Assembly (NCBI GenBank): GCA_032430995.1
Contig: GCA_032430995.1_3952.1
Length of the DNA stretch: 64,000 nt
Strand: one strand, 5' to 3'
Origin: a phage
Shown here piece after piece: positions 1 to 9,298 of the stretch. The first letter of the stretch is position 1; every line of letters starts with the position of its first letter. Under the pieces are notes generated by a model. That model did not search any database. It saw only the letters and a program-made list of their open reading frames with translations, and was not told the DNA's origin. The position numbers and the translations under genes are program-made.

Positions 1-113
1 AAAAAAAGCTTCTACAATCCAAACAAACAGATGCTTGAAAGTAACTTTGCAGTATCTACAAGTATCGTCCATGACAGAAGCTTTATCCTTTACAAAAATA
101 TGAGAGGTGAGTC

Positions 114-290
114 ATGCAAGCATATTGGATAGAAATTTTACTGTCACTTGGCAGCGTAGCAGTATTTGTTTACCTTCTTTGCAAGTACTATGCAGAGTAC
201 AAGAAGTGTGATTACTGCAATGGGGAAGGGTATACAAGAGCAGGTTGTTGCCCTATGTGTGGTGGTTCTGGTAAAATGTTTAATAAGTAA
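114..290 (+). CDS. small membrane protein with DnaJ-type zinc finger (58 aa, below ORF-track cutoff)
   Basis: ATG at 114 after GAGAGGTGA RBS; own translation gives a hydrophobic N-terminus and two CxxCxGxG motifs (CDYCNGEG, CPMCGGSG); stop at 288-290. Confidence 0.4.
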   Translation: MQAYWIEILLSLGSVAVFVYLLCKYYAEYKKCDYCNGEGYTRAGCCPMCGGSGKMFNK

Positions 291-318
291 TTTAACAGTA
301 AACTAAGAGGAAAGTATT

Positions 319-2685
319 ATGCGCATGGTAAATGACCACGCAGAAGTGATTAAGAGTTCAACTTCTTTAGAGACGTCTCAAGCACAGATTACAATGACAC
401 CTGAGATGTTCAGCCTTTTGAGTTCTGGTGTGTATACCTTTAAAGAAAGGGCAGTGATTCGTGAACTGTCATGTAACGCAGTAGATGCTCAGAAAGAAGC
501 TGGAAAAGAGAACATTCCATTCCATGTGCATTTACCTACTCGTTTTGAGCCTTACTTCGAAGTTCGTGATTTTGGAACTGGATTGACTCATGATAAAGTT
601 ATGAGTTTGTACCTAAACTATGGAGCTTCTACGAAGAATGACTCTAATGACTACATTGGTGCAATGGGTATCGGCTCAAAGTCACCATTTGCAATTGCTC
701 AGTCATTCACAGTATCTAGCTATGTTGACGGTGTTGTTAATAAGTACTCTGTTTATCTTGAGAATGGTATCCCTCAAGTAACTAAGCTTACCACTAACCC
801 AACAAAAGAGCCTAATGGTTTAGCTGTACGTGTAGCAGTTGCTGACCACCGTATCTCAAAGTTCTTTGAAGAAGCTGGAAATGTGTACTCATACTTCACT
901 GTAAAACCAGAAAGTAATATTGAGTACGACGATGTATTAGCAGATATGAACGTCATTGCCCGTGAAGAAGGTGTTTATGATGCCATGATTCATAAGCAAA
1001 GCTGGCGTTCTAGTGGTAACAGGACAGAGTTTAATGTGGTGATGGGTAATATTGCCTATCCAGTGAACATGGAAGCATTACTTGGTGATGATTTCTTCAA
1101 AGTCTTGCCAGAGTTTTTCCGTAGGAGCGTAGACCTTGTAAACATCTACATGCCTATTGGTTCAGTTGCTATAGCAGCTTCTCGTGAAGCATTGCAGATG
1201 AATGATACGACAAAAAATGTTATCATCGAGGCTACCAAAAAGATAACTGAAGCAATTACAAAGGATGTTATCAAGAAAGTTAATAGCCAACCTACACTCA
1301 TGGATGCTGCACAGGCTTATGCAGAGCTACGTTTGAACTCACGAGAGATGTTTAATGCTGTGTGTCCAAAGCTAGAGTGGGGAGGCATTAAGCTTGATTC
1401 TCTGGAAGAAGAATTGTTAAACATTCGTCGTGGAATTATCTACGCAGAAGACGGCTCAGTCATTTATGAACGTGACGGTAAAGGCAATATTAAGGTTGAT
1501 AGGAACGGGAACAATATCCCTAAAGTAGATTATCTTTATGACCCAGTTGCTTATGTCAAGTTCAACTCTTTAGAGAGTAAGATTCGTGCAACAGCACTTT
1601 CCTACACTCAAGAGGCAAGCATGTTCAATATCTTTGGTGCAATGCGTAAAAGCCAAATTGAACAGTTTTTGTTCGTGATTAATGACCGTCGCAATAAAAA
1701 CGGTACTGAGAAGACTGTAGGACGCAATCAAATTTTGCGTGGTGCATGTCGAGACTACGCCAGTGAGTCAAATCTGTTTCACAGATACAATGGTATTGTC
1801 TTTGTATTCTCTACAGAGAAAGAGCTAGATGACTTAATCAATCTGCACAAACTTGATAAAAGCTTGTTAAAGATTGTGAAGATGTCTGATAAGGAACATC
1901 ACTATCAGCGTAAAGAAGCTGTAAGGGGTGTTGTAAAACTCTGGAAAGCTGTTCCAGCAGAAACTAAAGCTTCATACAAAGAGGTGTCAGAAGACTTAGA
2001 CACAATTGAAGAGCCTCAGCTTTATATTAAGGCAGTAGGTGACACAGTTGATGGTAGATGTTTTTGCTCATCTCCAGAGGATGTAGCTAAGTCAGTTGCT
2101 AATGTTACAGGCAAGACAGTCTATGTTTTCCGAAAAGCAAATTGGAAAAAGATACCAGAAGACTGGATTGAAGTAGATGAGAAGCTCTTGAACGACAGCT
2201 TAACTGATGTTCATTGGATTAACCATAACAGGTATATGACACGCATCTACATGGATGGTGTCCTCGACCTTACAAGCAGTTGGATTATTGCCAGAAACTT
2301 TACGTTCAATAACAGGAAGATTTCTCGCGGGTATTGTTATTCAAGGGATACTATTAAGACAATCTTCTTAGAAGGTAATGAAGATGCTGTAGAGGCAATG
2401 TTTGGTAAAATCCAATACGTTGCTGCACCTTTTGCATACACTTACACTATTAGTGTGTTGCAAGATTTAAAAAGATGTCTTGATAATGATACAAAGCTGT
2501 ACAAGAAAATTAAGAAAGCTGGTGACCGCATGGTTATCAAGCTGACAAACTATCTTTCAAAAAGAAAACAAGAAAACTTCTTGCTTTCACACTTAGATTG
2601 GAATAAAGTATCACCTATCGAAGTGAGTAAGTTTTTAGGCTTTAATGTGAAATGTGTTCCAGAAGGTACAACAATTTACGATTAA
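319..2685 (+). CDS. rIIA: rIIA-like protein (GHKL/Bergerat ATPase fold)
   Basis: 788 aa; N-terminal motifs RAVIRELSCNAVDA, VRDFGTGL, NDYIGAMGIGSKSPF match T4 rIIA from memory; followed by rIIB homolog. Confidence 0.8.
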   Translation: MRMVNDHAEVIKSSTSLETSQAQITMTPEMFSLLSSGVYTFKERAVIRELSCNAVDAQKEAGKENIPFHVHLPTRFEPYFEVRDFGTGLTHDKVMSLYLNYGASTKNDSNDYIGAMGIGSKSPFAIAQSFTVSSYVDGVVNKYSVYLENGIPQVTKLTTNPTKEPNGLAVRVAVADHRISKFFEEAGNVYSYFTVKPESNIEYDDVLADMNVIAREEGVYDAMIHKQSWRSSGNRTEFNVVMGNIAYPVNMEALLGDDFFKVLPEFFRRSVDLVNIYMPIGSVAIAASREALQMNDTTKNVIIEATKKITEAITKDVIKKVNSQPTLMDAAQAYAELRLNSREMFNAVCPKLEWGGIKLDSLEEELLNIRRGIIYAEDGSVIYERDGKGNIKVDRNGNNIPKVDYLYDPVAYVKFNSLESKIRATALSYTQEASMFNIFGAMRKSQIEQFLFVINDRRNKNGTEKTVGRNQILRGACRDYASESNLFHRYNGIVFVFSTEKELDDLINLHKLDKSLLKIVKMSDKEHHYQRKEAVRGVVKLWKAVPAETKASYKEVSEDLDTIEEPQLYIKAVGDTVDGRCFCSSPEDVAKSVANVTGKTVYVFRKANWKKIPEDWIEVDEKLLNDSLTDVHWINHNRYMTRIYMDGVLDLTSSWIIARNFTFNNRKISRGYCYSRDTIKTIFLEGNEDAVEAMFGKIQYVAAPFAYTYTISVLQDLKRCLDNDTKLYKKIKKAGDRMVIKLTNYLSKRKQENFLLSHLDWNKVSPIEVSKFLGFNVKCVPEGTTIYD

Positions 2686-2764
2686 AGTGTTTGACAAGGG
2701 GCTTTGAAGCCCCTTAGAATATCCTCACAAAATGATTTATTAACTAACAAGAGAGAGTAATAAG

Positions 2765-3874
2765 ATGACTACTAAAACTAAAGCACAGATTGACGCAGAA
2801 ATTTACAAACTGGTTAAAGAAGGTAAGCTGACTAAAACAGCTATTGCACAGAAATTTAATACTTCAACCCGTTCAGTCGGTCGTGCTGTAGAGCGTCATG
2901 AAGCAACCTTAAAAGGGAATAAGAAGGCAACTTCTACACCAGCTACGAAGTCTTTGAAACAAGTTGCTAAGACTTTTAAAAAGAAAGCTGGCAAACCAGT
3001 TGAAAAGGTTGTTAAAGATGCTGTACAGAAAGCTCCAGTAAATAAACTGCATGAAGCTATGCAGAAAGATGACAAGATTGAGTACATGATTACTGGTGAC
3101 TCTGTAATTATGACTTACGGTTCAGAGTCTGAAATTGTTGAGTCTACTCATCCGAACTATCAAGAGATTGTAGTTCATGTTGTGAAAGGTGAGTTTAAGA
3201 AAGCCTTTGAACTGATGAACATTCGTAAGTCTATCGAAAACTTCACTCAGGGTGCTATCACAATCAAAGGTGACAAACTATTCTACGGTGCTGTTGAGAT
3301 GCGTTCTACTCTGGTTGACCGTATTCTTCACATGATGAAGACTGGAGATAAAGGTTTTGAACGCCTTGTAATGTTCTTTGAAAAACTGATGGAAAACCCA
3401 TCTAAAGACTCTGTAGAACAACTTTGGGGCTTCGTATCTCACCTTGATGTTGAAATTGATGAAGAAGGCTACATCATTGGTTGGAAGAAAGTCTCTACTC
3501 GTGAAGGTAAGCTGGTTGACTCCCACACCTACAAAGTTCCTAACGATTTGGGTAACATTGTAGAGATGCCACGTTGGATGGTTGATAATAACCGTAACGT
3601 GACTTGCTCTCAAGGTCTTCATGTTGGTGCTTGGGATTATGTTCGTTGTTTCTCAGGTGATACAATTCTGAAGGTTCGTGTCCATCCACGAGATGTTGTA
3701 TCTGTTCCAACTGATTACAACGATATGAAGATGCGCTCATCTCGTTATGAAGTTGCAGCAATCGTTGATAATCAACGTAAAGTGTTGAAAGCATGGGATG
3801 GCAAGACTGAAGCTTTACATGTCATCGTTGGCACTGCTGGTGAACTCATCTCTCAACGTAAACGTGAAATCTAA
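2765..3874 (+). CDS. rIIB: rIIB-like protein
   Basis: 369 aa; C-terminal motifs LVDRIL, ENPS, TCSQGLHV, KVRVHPRDVVSVPTDYNDMKMR resemble T4 rIIB as recalled; sits directly after rIIA. Confidence 0.75.
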   Translation: MTTKTKAQIDAEIYKLVKEGKLTKTAIAQKFNTSTRSVGRAVERHEATLKGNKKATSTPATKSLKQVAKTFKKKAGKPVEKVVKDAVQKAPVNKLHEAMQKDDKIEYMITGDSVIMTYGSESEIVESTHPNYQEIVVHVVKGEFKKAFELMNIRKSIENFTQGAITIKGDKLFYGAVEMRSTLVDRILHMMKTGDKGFERLVMFFEKLMENPSKDSVEQLWGFVSHLDVEIDEEGYIIGWKKVSTREGKLVDSHTYKVPNDLGNIVEMPRWMVDNNRNVTCSQGLHVGAWDYVRCFSGDTILKVRVHPRDVVSVPTDYNDMKMRSSRYEVAAIVDNQRKVLKAWDGKTEALHVIVGTAGELISQRKREI

Positions 3875-3890
3875 TAAGTAATTTCTTAAA

Positions 3891-3914
3891 AGGCTGCTTC
3901 GGCGGCCTTTTTTA
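3891..3914 (+). terminator. rho-independent terminator after rIIB
   Basis: GGCTGC-TTCG-GCGGCC hairpin followed by T6. Confidence 0.6.
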
Positions 3915-3974
3915 TTTGTATTTTGTGCAGAGTGCTGTATAATTGTTGTCACGATAAACTAAACAGGAGAACCA

Positions 3975-4523
3975 ATGAAGAAATTGATTCTAGGTTTGTG
4001 CTTAATGTTTACAGCACACTTATCTTATGCAGTTGACTGCCCAGAGCTATCAATTAGCCAAAAAGTAAACATGTTAAAAGCTTACCAGTATGGTGAGAAT
4101 AACATGGGTAAAGGTTGGGGTATCACTCTAGCAGCTATAGCCTTACAAGAGTCAGAGTTAGGTCTGAAGGTAGAAAATAAAAAGACCCATGACTACGGTA
4201 TCTTCCAGAATCACTTGAAGACTGTTGTAAAGCGTAACAAAATTAGTCCTAATGTTGCTAAAAAGAAACTCTTAAAAGATTTTGACTATGCCGCAAAAGA
4301 AACACATAAAGAGCTTGAGTTTTGGACGAAGGTGCATGGTCACCCAAAGTCAAAGAAGACTTTACAAAAAGTTTTAGCATCATATAATGCTGGGTATTCG
4401 TACAGAATCCCTAAAGCTAAGAAATATTCTCAAGATGTCTATAACAACATGAAAGTTATTGCTCAATGTGAATTTGCAACAAACATTTCTAAGGTAAACC
4501 ATGAAAAAATTAAAAAAGTCTGA
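3975..4523 (+). CDS. secreted lytic transglycosylase-like protein (SLT domain)
   Basis: N-terminal signal peptide; ALQESELG ... DYGIFQ resembles the SLT catalytic-Glu motif. Confidence 0.5.
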   Translation: MKKLILGLCLMFTAHLSYAVDCPELSISQKVNMLKAYQYGENNMGKGWGITLAAIALQESELGLKVENKKTHDYGIFQNHLKTVVKRNKISPNVAKKKLLKDFDYAAKETHKELEFWTKVHGHPKSKKTLQKVLASYNAGYSYRIPKAKKYSQDVYNNMKVIAQCEFATNISKVNHEKIKKV

Positions 4524-5196
4524 TGAAGTCCTGTGCCACGCTTATGACTTACATCCTCATGAGTTAGGTCTTGATTCCTGTGTATGGACTCCAGAACAGT
4601 GCAGGGATTTTGAAGACACTGCAAGAGAAGTTGTATGTTCACTTGAAGAGTTCCACACATCAGAACCCATTGTGAACGTTGTGGACAAAGAGACCGGACA
4701 AACTATAGGTGTAAGACGTGACAGTTTAGTCATAGTCAATAAAGACCTTGTAGAAAAAGGTAACCTCATCTTAGCAGATATTGATGGTGTTCTTACAAAT
4801 TTTAATCACGAAGATTGCTCAACGGAATTGACTGATGGGTCATTCTCACAGTACACTAATCTTCTTGACTCTGTAAGAGCAAAACCAACGTATGTTTTTA
4901 GTATTATTGATGCAATTGCTAATCATGCTGCCATTGGACTCTTGACAGCGAGAGGTGAATCTCAGAGAATACCTACTGAGATGTTTTTAAGGCATAACAT
5001 AGAGCATGATTACATGCTTTTTATGCGTGGTTTTGGAACTAACTCTATAAGTGCAGAAAGTTTAAAAGTGAGGATGATTCAGTCTTGCATTCTTCCTTAT
5101 TTTAATATAGTATGCTTTATAGAAGATACAGAGAAGAATGTTCAGAAGGTAAACAGAATCCTTCCACACATTAAAACCATGTTAGTTAAACATTGA
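4501..5196 (+). CDS. HAD-superfamily phosphatase, 5'(3')-deoxyribonucleotidase-like
   Basis: motif ILADIDGVLTNF resembles HAD motif I (DxDGV) of nucleotidases. Confidence 0.4.
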   Translation: MKKLKKSDEVLCHAYDLHPHELGLDSCVWTPEQCRDFEDTAREVVCSLEEFHTSEPIVNVVDKETGQTIGVRRDSLVIVNKDLVEKGNLILADIDGVLTNFNHEDCSTELTDGSFSQYTNLLDSVRAKPTYVFSIIDAIANHAAIGLLTARGESQRIPTEMFLRHNIEHDYMLFMRGFGTNSISAESLKVRMIQSCILPYFNIVCFIEDTEKNVQKVNRILPHIKTMLVKH

Positions 5197-5672
5197 GAGA
5201 AAAACTTATGAACAATATCATTACGGTAGCACTGGACGATACGGCAAACAAATCTGAAGTAGTTCGTAAAATGATTCAAGGTAACTTTGAAGGTAAAATT
5301 TTCCGTGCTGTTAATGTAAAAGCTGATGGCAGTATTCGTGAATACCGTGCATTGTTGAATGTTAAAAAGCACGTAAAAGGTGCTGGTTCAACGACTGCAC
5401 ACAAAGAAAACCTGATGACTATCTATGATATGGGTAAGGCTTCAGAGTTAGGTGCTGAAGGTATCGTTAAAGAAGGTGCTCCGTATCGCTCTTTCAATCT
5501 GGAAACTACTCTTATGCTTTCCTTTACGAGTGGTTCTAAAACAATCACTTATCTCTTTACTGATGCTGCAACGGTATCTGCTATTAAGGATAGCACTGTC
5601 AAAGCTGGCGTAGTTGCTGCTGCAAAAGCTTCTTCGATGGCTGCAAATATCCTTGCTAAAGTCCTCGGTTAA
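5193..5672 (+). CDS. hypothetical protein
   Basis: 159-aa ORF, start overlaps upstream stop, terminator downstream. Confidence 0.55.
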   Translation: MREKLMNNIITVALDDTANKSEVVRKMIQGNFEGKIFRAVNVKADGSIREYRALLNVKKHVKGAGSTTAHKENLMTIYDMGKASELGAEGIVKEGAPYRSFNLETTLMLSFTSGSKTITYLFTDAATVSAIKDSTVKAGVVAAAKASSMAANILAKVLG

Positions 5673-5684
5673 GGTTAAGATACA

Positions 5685-5705
5685 GGCTCCTTCGGGAGCC
5701 TTTTT
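5685..5705 (+). terminator. rho-independent terminator
   Basis: GGCTCC-TTCG-GGAGCC hairpin plus T5. Confidence 0.7.
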
Positions 5706-5724
5706 CATTTCAGGAGATTGTTAA

Positions 5725-6072
5725 ATGACATTTAAAGAGTTCTGTCAAGCTACTTTCATAATTGTTTTCTTAGTTGGGGCAGGTGTCTGGGGAGGATACT
5801 CTTACAGAGACTACCAAGTTGCTGAAGCTGAGTTAAGCAATGAGAAACTAATAAGTGTTGCTAAAGATGCTTATCAGGAAGGTTTAGCCACACTGAGCAC
5901 CAATTACAAAAATGATTTGAAAGATGTGCTTGCTAAGAATAAGCATACAAAAGAGGTACTAACATATGAAAAAACTAAGCCAGAGTTTTATAATGTTTGT
6001 GTTACTGATAATTATGTCAGGGTGTTCAACGAACAAAGTGAACAGTACATTCAAAAACTCCCAAGTAAGTGA
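5725..6072 (+). CDS. membrane-anchored protein (N-terminal TM helix, coiled-coil-like)
   Basis: 115 aa; hydrophobic N-terminus FIIVFLVGAGVWGG; 3' end overlaps a lipoprotein ORF in +1 frame. Confidence 0.5.
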   Translation: MTFKEFCQATFIIVFLVGAGVWGGYSYRDYQVAEAELSNEKLISVAKDAYQEGLATLSTNYKNDLKDVLAKNKHTKEVLTYEKTKPEFYNVCVTDNYVRVFNEQSEQYIQKLPSK

Positions 6073-6235
6073 GGGTGACAAGTACACTCAAGAAGAATCA
6101 CGGTATATCATCAAAGGTAACACAGGCAGTGATGTAGCAGCAGCACTTGAGTTCTACCGTGACGGCTTTTACCAGTGTACAATTAAAGCTAATAACCTTA
6201 TTGACATGATTTTATTAGGAAATAAACAGCAATGA
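5966..6235 (+). CDS. lipoprotein (lipobox IMSGC)
   Basis: 89 aa; signal peptide ending LLIIMSGC; start embedded in 3' end of upstream ORF. Confidence 0.45.
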   Translation: MKKLSQSFIMFVLLIIMSGCSTNKVNSTFKNSQVSEGDKYTQEESRYIIKGNTGSDVAAALEFYRDGFYQCTIKANNLIDMILLGNKQQ

Positions 6236-6501
6236 CAGAGAATGAAGATACTTTTTACGTAGAAGGGTACTTACTGTTACCGCGACCAAAAGAAACTTAT
6301 ATGCGAATTGACTTCATACCAACCATTATGGATAATGTGATGTGTCATATCTTTATGCAGGGTGTCACAGCACAGCTTAAGTATGTTGGTAAAGAGTGCA
6401 AAATAAAGGTTGACACTCATCCAGAAATCAAAGAGAATCACTACACATGGTTCTTACCAGACTCTAAAGAAATCTTAGCAGTTCTTAAAACGAGGAAATG
6501 A
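6232..6501 (+). CDS. hypothetical protein
   Basis: 89-aa ORF, start/stop overlap with neighbours. Confidence 0.5.
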   Translation: MTENEDTFYVEGYLLLPRPKETYMRIDFIPTIMDNVMCHIFMQGVTAQLKYVGKECKIKVDTHPEIKENHYTWFLPDSKEILAVLKTRK

Positions 6502-6812
6502 TTATGCAATTCCAGCCAACAAATCGTGGATTTTCTTATGCAGAATTTAAAGATGCTAAAGGGGAAATTTGTACTTTACAAGAGAGTTCATCATACGAAC
6601 CATGTATCTGGTTAGGTGCTAAAGAGGTCTCTGTTCAGTACCTAGATAATGGCTGGAAAACACTTGATATCCCAGCATTAGTAGGTAAAGACTTTGTAGG
6701 TAATCAAAGAATGAAGCTCAATCAAGAACAGGTAAAAGAATTGTTGCCGTACCTTCAATACTTTGCTGAAAATGGTGAATTACCAACAGAGGAACTTACA
6801 AATGCAGATTAA
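6498..6812 (+). CDS. hypothetical protein
   Basis: 104-aa ORF, ATGA start/stop overlap. Confidence 0.5.
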   Translation: MIMQFQPTNRGFSYAEFKDAKGEICTLQESSSYEPCIWLGAKEVSVQYLDNGWKTLDIPALVGKDFVGNQRMKLNQEQVKELLPYLQYFAENGELPTEELTNAD

Positions 6813-7128
6813 TGGAAGAGACTTTGTAGCCGTTTACTACGAGAAAGGTAAAGAAGTTGGCGTAGCGCAAGTATCTTATGGCAATGGTGGGTGGCTATAT
6901 GGAACAATCGCAGTAGTTGGAACGAGAAGTGATACAAAAACTTTTAAAGATTGTGTTGACCTTCTTGAAGAATCCATTCAGAATCATTGGTGTCTGATAT
7001 GGATGACTGACAACGAAGTGATAGAACGCTTCAAAAAGATTGATATCAACATTGATAGTATTGAGCATGTTGATTTATATGAGCTAACTGAGAAGGTAAA
7101 CTATGAGAGTAATTCTAGCCAGAGATAA
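6802..7128 (+). CDS. hypothetical protein
   Basis: start moved to ATG 6802 (MQINGRDF) with GAGGA RBS; track gave 6763. Confidence 0.45.
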   Translation: MQINGRDFVAVYYEKGKEVGVAQVSYGNGGWLYGTIAVVGTRSDTKTFKDCVDLLEESIQNHWCLIWMTDNEVIERFKKIDINIDSIEHVDLYELTEKVNYESNSSQR

Positions 7129-7330
7129 AAAGACACGGAAACTCATCCGGTCAGCAGTATTCATTGGAAGAAATGAAGTCATCCCGTTTACAGCAAACGA
7201 TGTGATAGCCTACAGGAAAAACTTAGTGTTTAGTGATTGCTTGCGTGGCTTCATCTCCCAACCGTTGGAAGACTTTAAAAGCCGTTGTGGTAAAGGTATC
7301 ATCATTCAAGAGGCAATTATCAATGGCTGA
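7103..7330 (+). CDS. hypothetical protein
   Basis: 75-aa ORF with GAGAAGG RBS. Confidence 0.45.
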   Translation: MRVILARDKKTRKLIRSAVFIGRNEVIPFTANDVIAYRKNLVFSDCLRGFISQPLEDFKSRCGKGIIIQEAIING

Positions 7331-7523
7331 CTTCTGCAAAGACTGTTCTATCGAAATGTTCGGACGTGATACAGGTGACTTAAAAGGTCTTATCACTGAA
7401 GATGACTTTAAAGCTGGTTATGCAATGCCAGTAATCTGTGAAGGCTGTGGGTGTATCTGGGTAGACCACGAAGGACAACGTGTAAAACCTTCAGAAGACA
7501 AAGAATCTTGGGAGAGATGTTAA
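7323..7523 (+). CDS. small Cys-rich protein (putative zinc ribbon)
   Basis: internal ATG 7323 (MADFCKDC...CEGCGC) overlapping upstream stop. Confidence 0.4.
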   Translation: MADFCKDCSIEMFGRDTGDLKGLITEDDFKAGYAMPVICEGCGCIWVDHEGQRVKPSEDKESWERC

Positions 7524-8309
7524 ATGGGTATTGTAAAAATAATTAATGGTGATATCTTTGCCGCATTTGATAAAGGTAAGTTTGACATCATCGGTCACGG
7601 TTGCAACTGTATGAACTTAATGGGTGCAGGTATCGCTGACAAGATTTCTAAACTTTACCCAAAAGCGTATGAGACCGATACAGAAGTTTATCTGTATGCA
7701 GGTGGTATAGGTCACAAACCCTGTGAAAATTTACTAGGTAATTTCTCTGTAGCACGTTTAAAACAAGGTCGTATAGCTAATCTTTACACTCAGCTTAAGA
7801 CTGGTAAAGATGCCCGATACAGTGCTTTAGAGTCATCTTTGAAACAGCTTAACAGATACTGTGAAGTTAACCAGTTGAAGAAAGTTGGTTTACCTATGAT
7901 TGGTGCAGGTATTGGTGGGCTGGACCCTCAAGCTGTCACAGTTATCATCAATCAGGTGATGAAGAGTGTAGATGTTTATCTGTATGTCTATGAAGGCGAG
8001 ATGTACCACAAGTTACGCTCAGGTTGGAAGAACTACTGTGAACCAGAATACTTTGCAGGTGTAGCAGTGTTCACGGATAACGCAGTTACCCTCTTCAGAC
8101 GAAGAAAAGGTAAGATACATCAAAGTAACCCTCCGGTTGAAAAGATGTCTCTAGGTAATGCTCTAGTTACCCACCTGTCGAAGAGCAATCACAGAATGGC
8201 TGTGACATTTGGTAGTGATGCAGAAGCTTATATCTATGCAAGAACTGATGAGGATATCGAGGCAATCTTCTCTTCACCAGAAGTTACCTTCTTAGACGCA
8301 AAGAACTAA
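7524..8309 (+). CDS. macro-domain protein (ADP-ribose binding/processing)
   Basis: N-terminus IINGDIFAAFDKGKFDIIGHGCNCMNLMGAGIADKI resembles the macro-domain Gly-rich core. Confidence 0.55.
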   Translation: MGIVKIINGDIFAAFDKGKFDIIGHGCNCMNLMGAGIADKISKLYPKAYETDTEVYLYAGGIGHKPCENLLGNFSVARLKQGRIANLYTQLKTGKDARYSALESSLKQLNRYCEVNQLKKVGLPMIGAGIGGLDPQAVTVIINQVMKSVDVYLYVYEGEMYHKLRSGWKNYCEPEYFAGVAVFTDNAVTLFRRRKGKIHQSNPPVEKMSLGNALVTHLSKSNHRMAVTFGSDAEAYIYARTDEDIEAIFSSPEVTFLDAKN

Positions 8310-8381
8310 GAAACTCTGTAGAATATTCACAATAGACTAAGCCTTTCTTATCTGGTAAATTTTTCAGGTAAGGAGGGCTTT

Positions 8382-8563
8382 TTCATTTCAGAATTGTGCA
8401 GGTAGAGTTCTGTAGAGAAATCTGTAGAGAGAATTTTGAACTCCAAAGAGAAAATTCATTTTCAAACTGTGCAGGTAATCTCCAAAGAGCTTTTTCATTT
8501 TCAAAACGTGCAGACCCCGCTCAGGTCGGGCAAGAAAAATCATTTTAGAATTGTGCAGGTAGG
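8382..8563. repeat. four direct copies of a 22-23 bp repeat (TTCATTTTCARAAYTGTGCAGGTA)
   Basis: copies at 8382-8404, 8456-8478, 8495-8516, 8540-8563; followed by C/CT-rich tract 8585-8618. Confidence 0.7.
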
Positions 8564-8737
8564 TTTTTATAGACAGCCAGCCCAACACCTCTCCCCCTCT
8601 TACTCCCCCTCTCCCCAAAAGTCAATAGAAAAATTTGTAGCGGATTGAAAAATAATTCTTGATTTGCGTTCTGTTTTGTGGTAGTCGTGTGCGCACGTTT
8701 CATTACAGTTTTTCCAAAAATATTTTTAAAATTTTTC

Positions 8738-8829
8738 TTGACTCTTTGAACGGGGTTATCTAGTATTTGCATCAACGGGGAGGGAATGACCTTCCCCACT
8801 AAATAAAGTCCTAAACTGGAGATTCAAAA
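8738..8829 (+). promoter_or_regulatory. early promoter + 5' stem-loop + conserved leader cassette (type A)
   Basis: TTGACT-17-TAGTAT, hairpin GGGGAGGGAATGACCTTCCCC, leader CCACTAAATAAAGTCCTAAACTGGAGATTCAAAAATG. Confidence 0.6.
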
Positions 8830-9210
8830 ATGGCATACCGTGCACCTAAATTCATCAACAAAGACAACTTTCGCAACGCACTGGAGAAGTCACTTGATGA
8901 GAATTTTAAAGGTAACGTTATTGTTGTTCACTCGTTCAATTTCAAGTATGATATTAACGGGAATAAAATCAACCATTACACGGCGACAATGCTAGATGGT
9001 ACTCTTTCAAGTGAAAAAGCCATTTTACATGCACTTGCTGGACGTGGTAAAAACCTGATAAGATGCGATAAGAGACGTTATCAGGGTGGCGCATATGGTT
9101 ACGATGATGCTGTTTATCATCTTGAAAATATGGGCTATCAAGTAGAAAAAGCTGGAGTGTCTCAAATAATCGGTAGTGATGGTTATGTAACAATCTTCAA
9201 AATTAACTGA
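8830..9210 (+). CDS. hypothetical protein (cassette gene)
   Basis: 126-aa ORF directly after conserved leader. Confidence 0.6.
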   Translation: MAYRAPKFINKDNFRNALEKSLDENFKGNVIVVHSFNFKYDINGNKINHYTATMLDGTLSSEKAILHALAGRGKNLIRCDKRRYQGGAYGYDDAVYHLENMGYQVEKAGVSQIIGSDGYVTIFKIN

Positions 9211-9298
9211 TAAAGTACTTTACAAGGGGCTTATAGTTCGATAAAGTAAGCCCCAGATAAAGAGCTTTACCACTAAATCCTAAATTGGAGATTCAAAA
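9211..9298 (+). promoter_or_regulatory. stem-loop + conserved leader cassette (type B)
   Basis: hairpin GGGGCTTAT...ATAAGCCCC then conserved leader ...CCTAAATTGGAGATTCAAAAATG. Confidence 0.5.

Noticed and set aside
774-956. Small minus-strand ORFs inside rIIA/rIIB and other plus-strand early genes (for example 2896..3087, 3278..3622, 3540..3794, 4463..4660, 4557..4769, 5142..5372, 5448..5708)
   Set aside because: Antisense to or overlapping well-supported same-strand genes in a unidirectional block; no RBS or terminator support.
2690-2720. Terminator after rIIA at the GGGGCTTTGAAGCCCC hairpin
   Set aside because: No downstream T-run; the hairpin sits within the spacer of a possible TTGACA / TAGAAT promoter for rIIB, so its role is ambiguous.
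8388-8799. ORFs 8388..8618, 8436..8648 and 8545..8799 across the direct-repeat and C-rich region
   Set aside because: Translations are driven by repeats and the poly-C tract; mutually overlapping in different frames; region reads as regulatory DNA.
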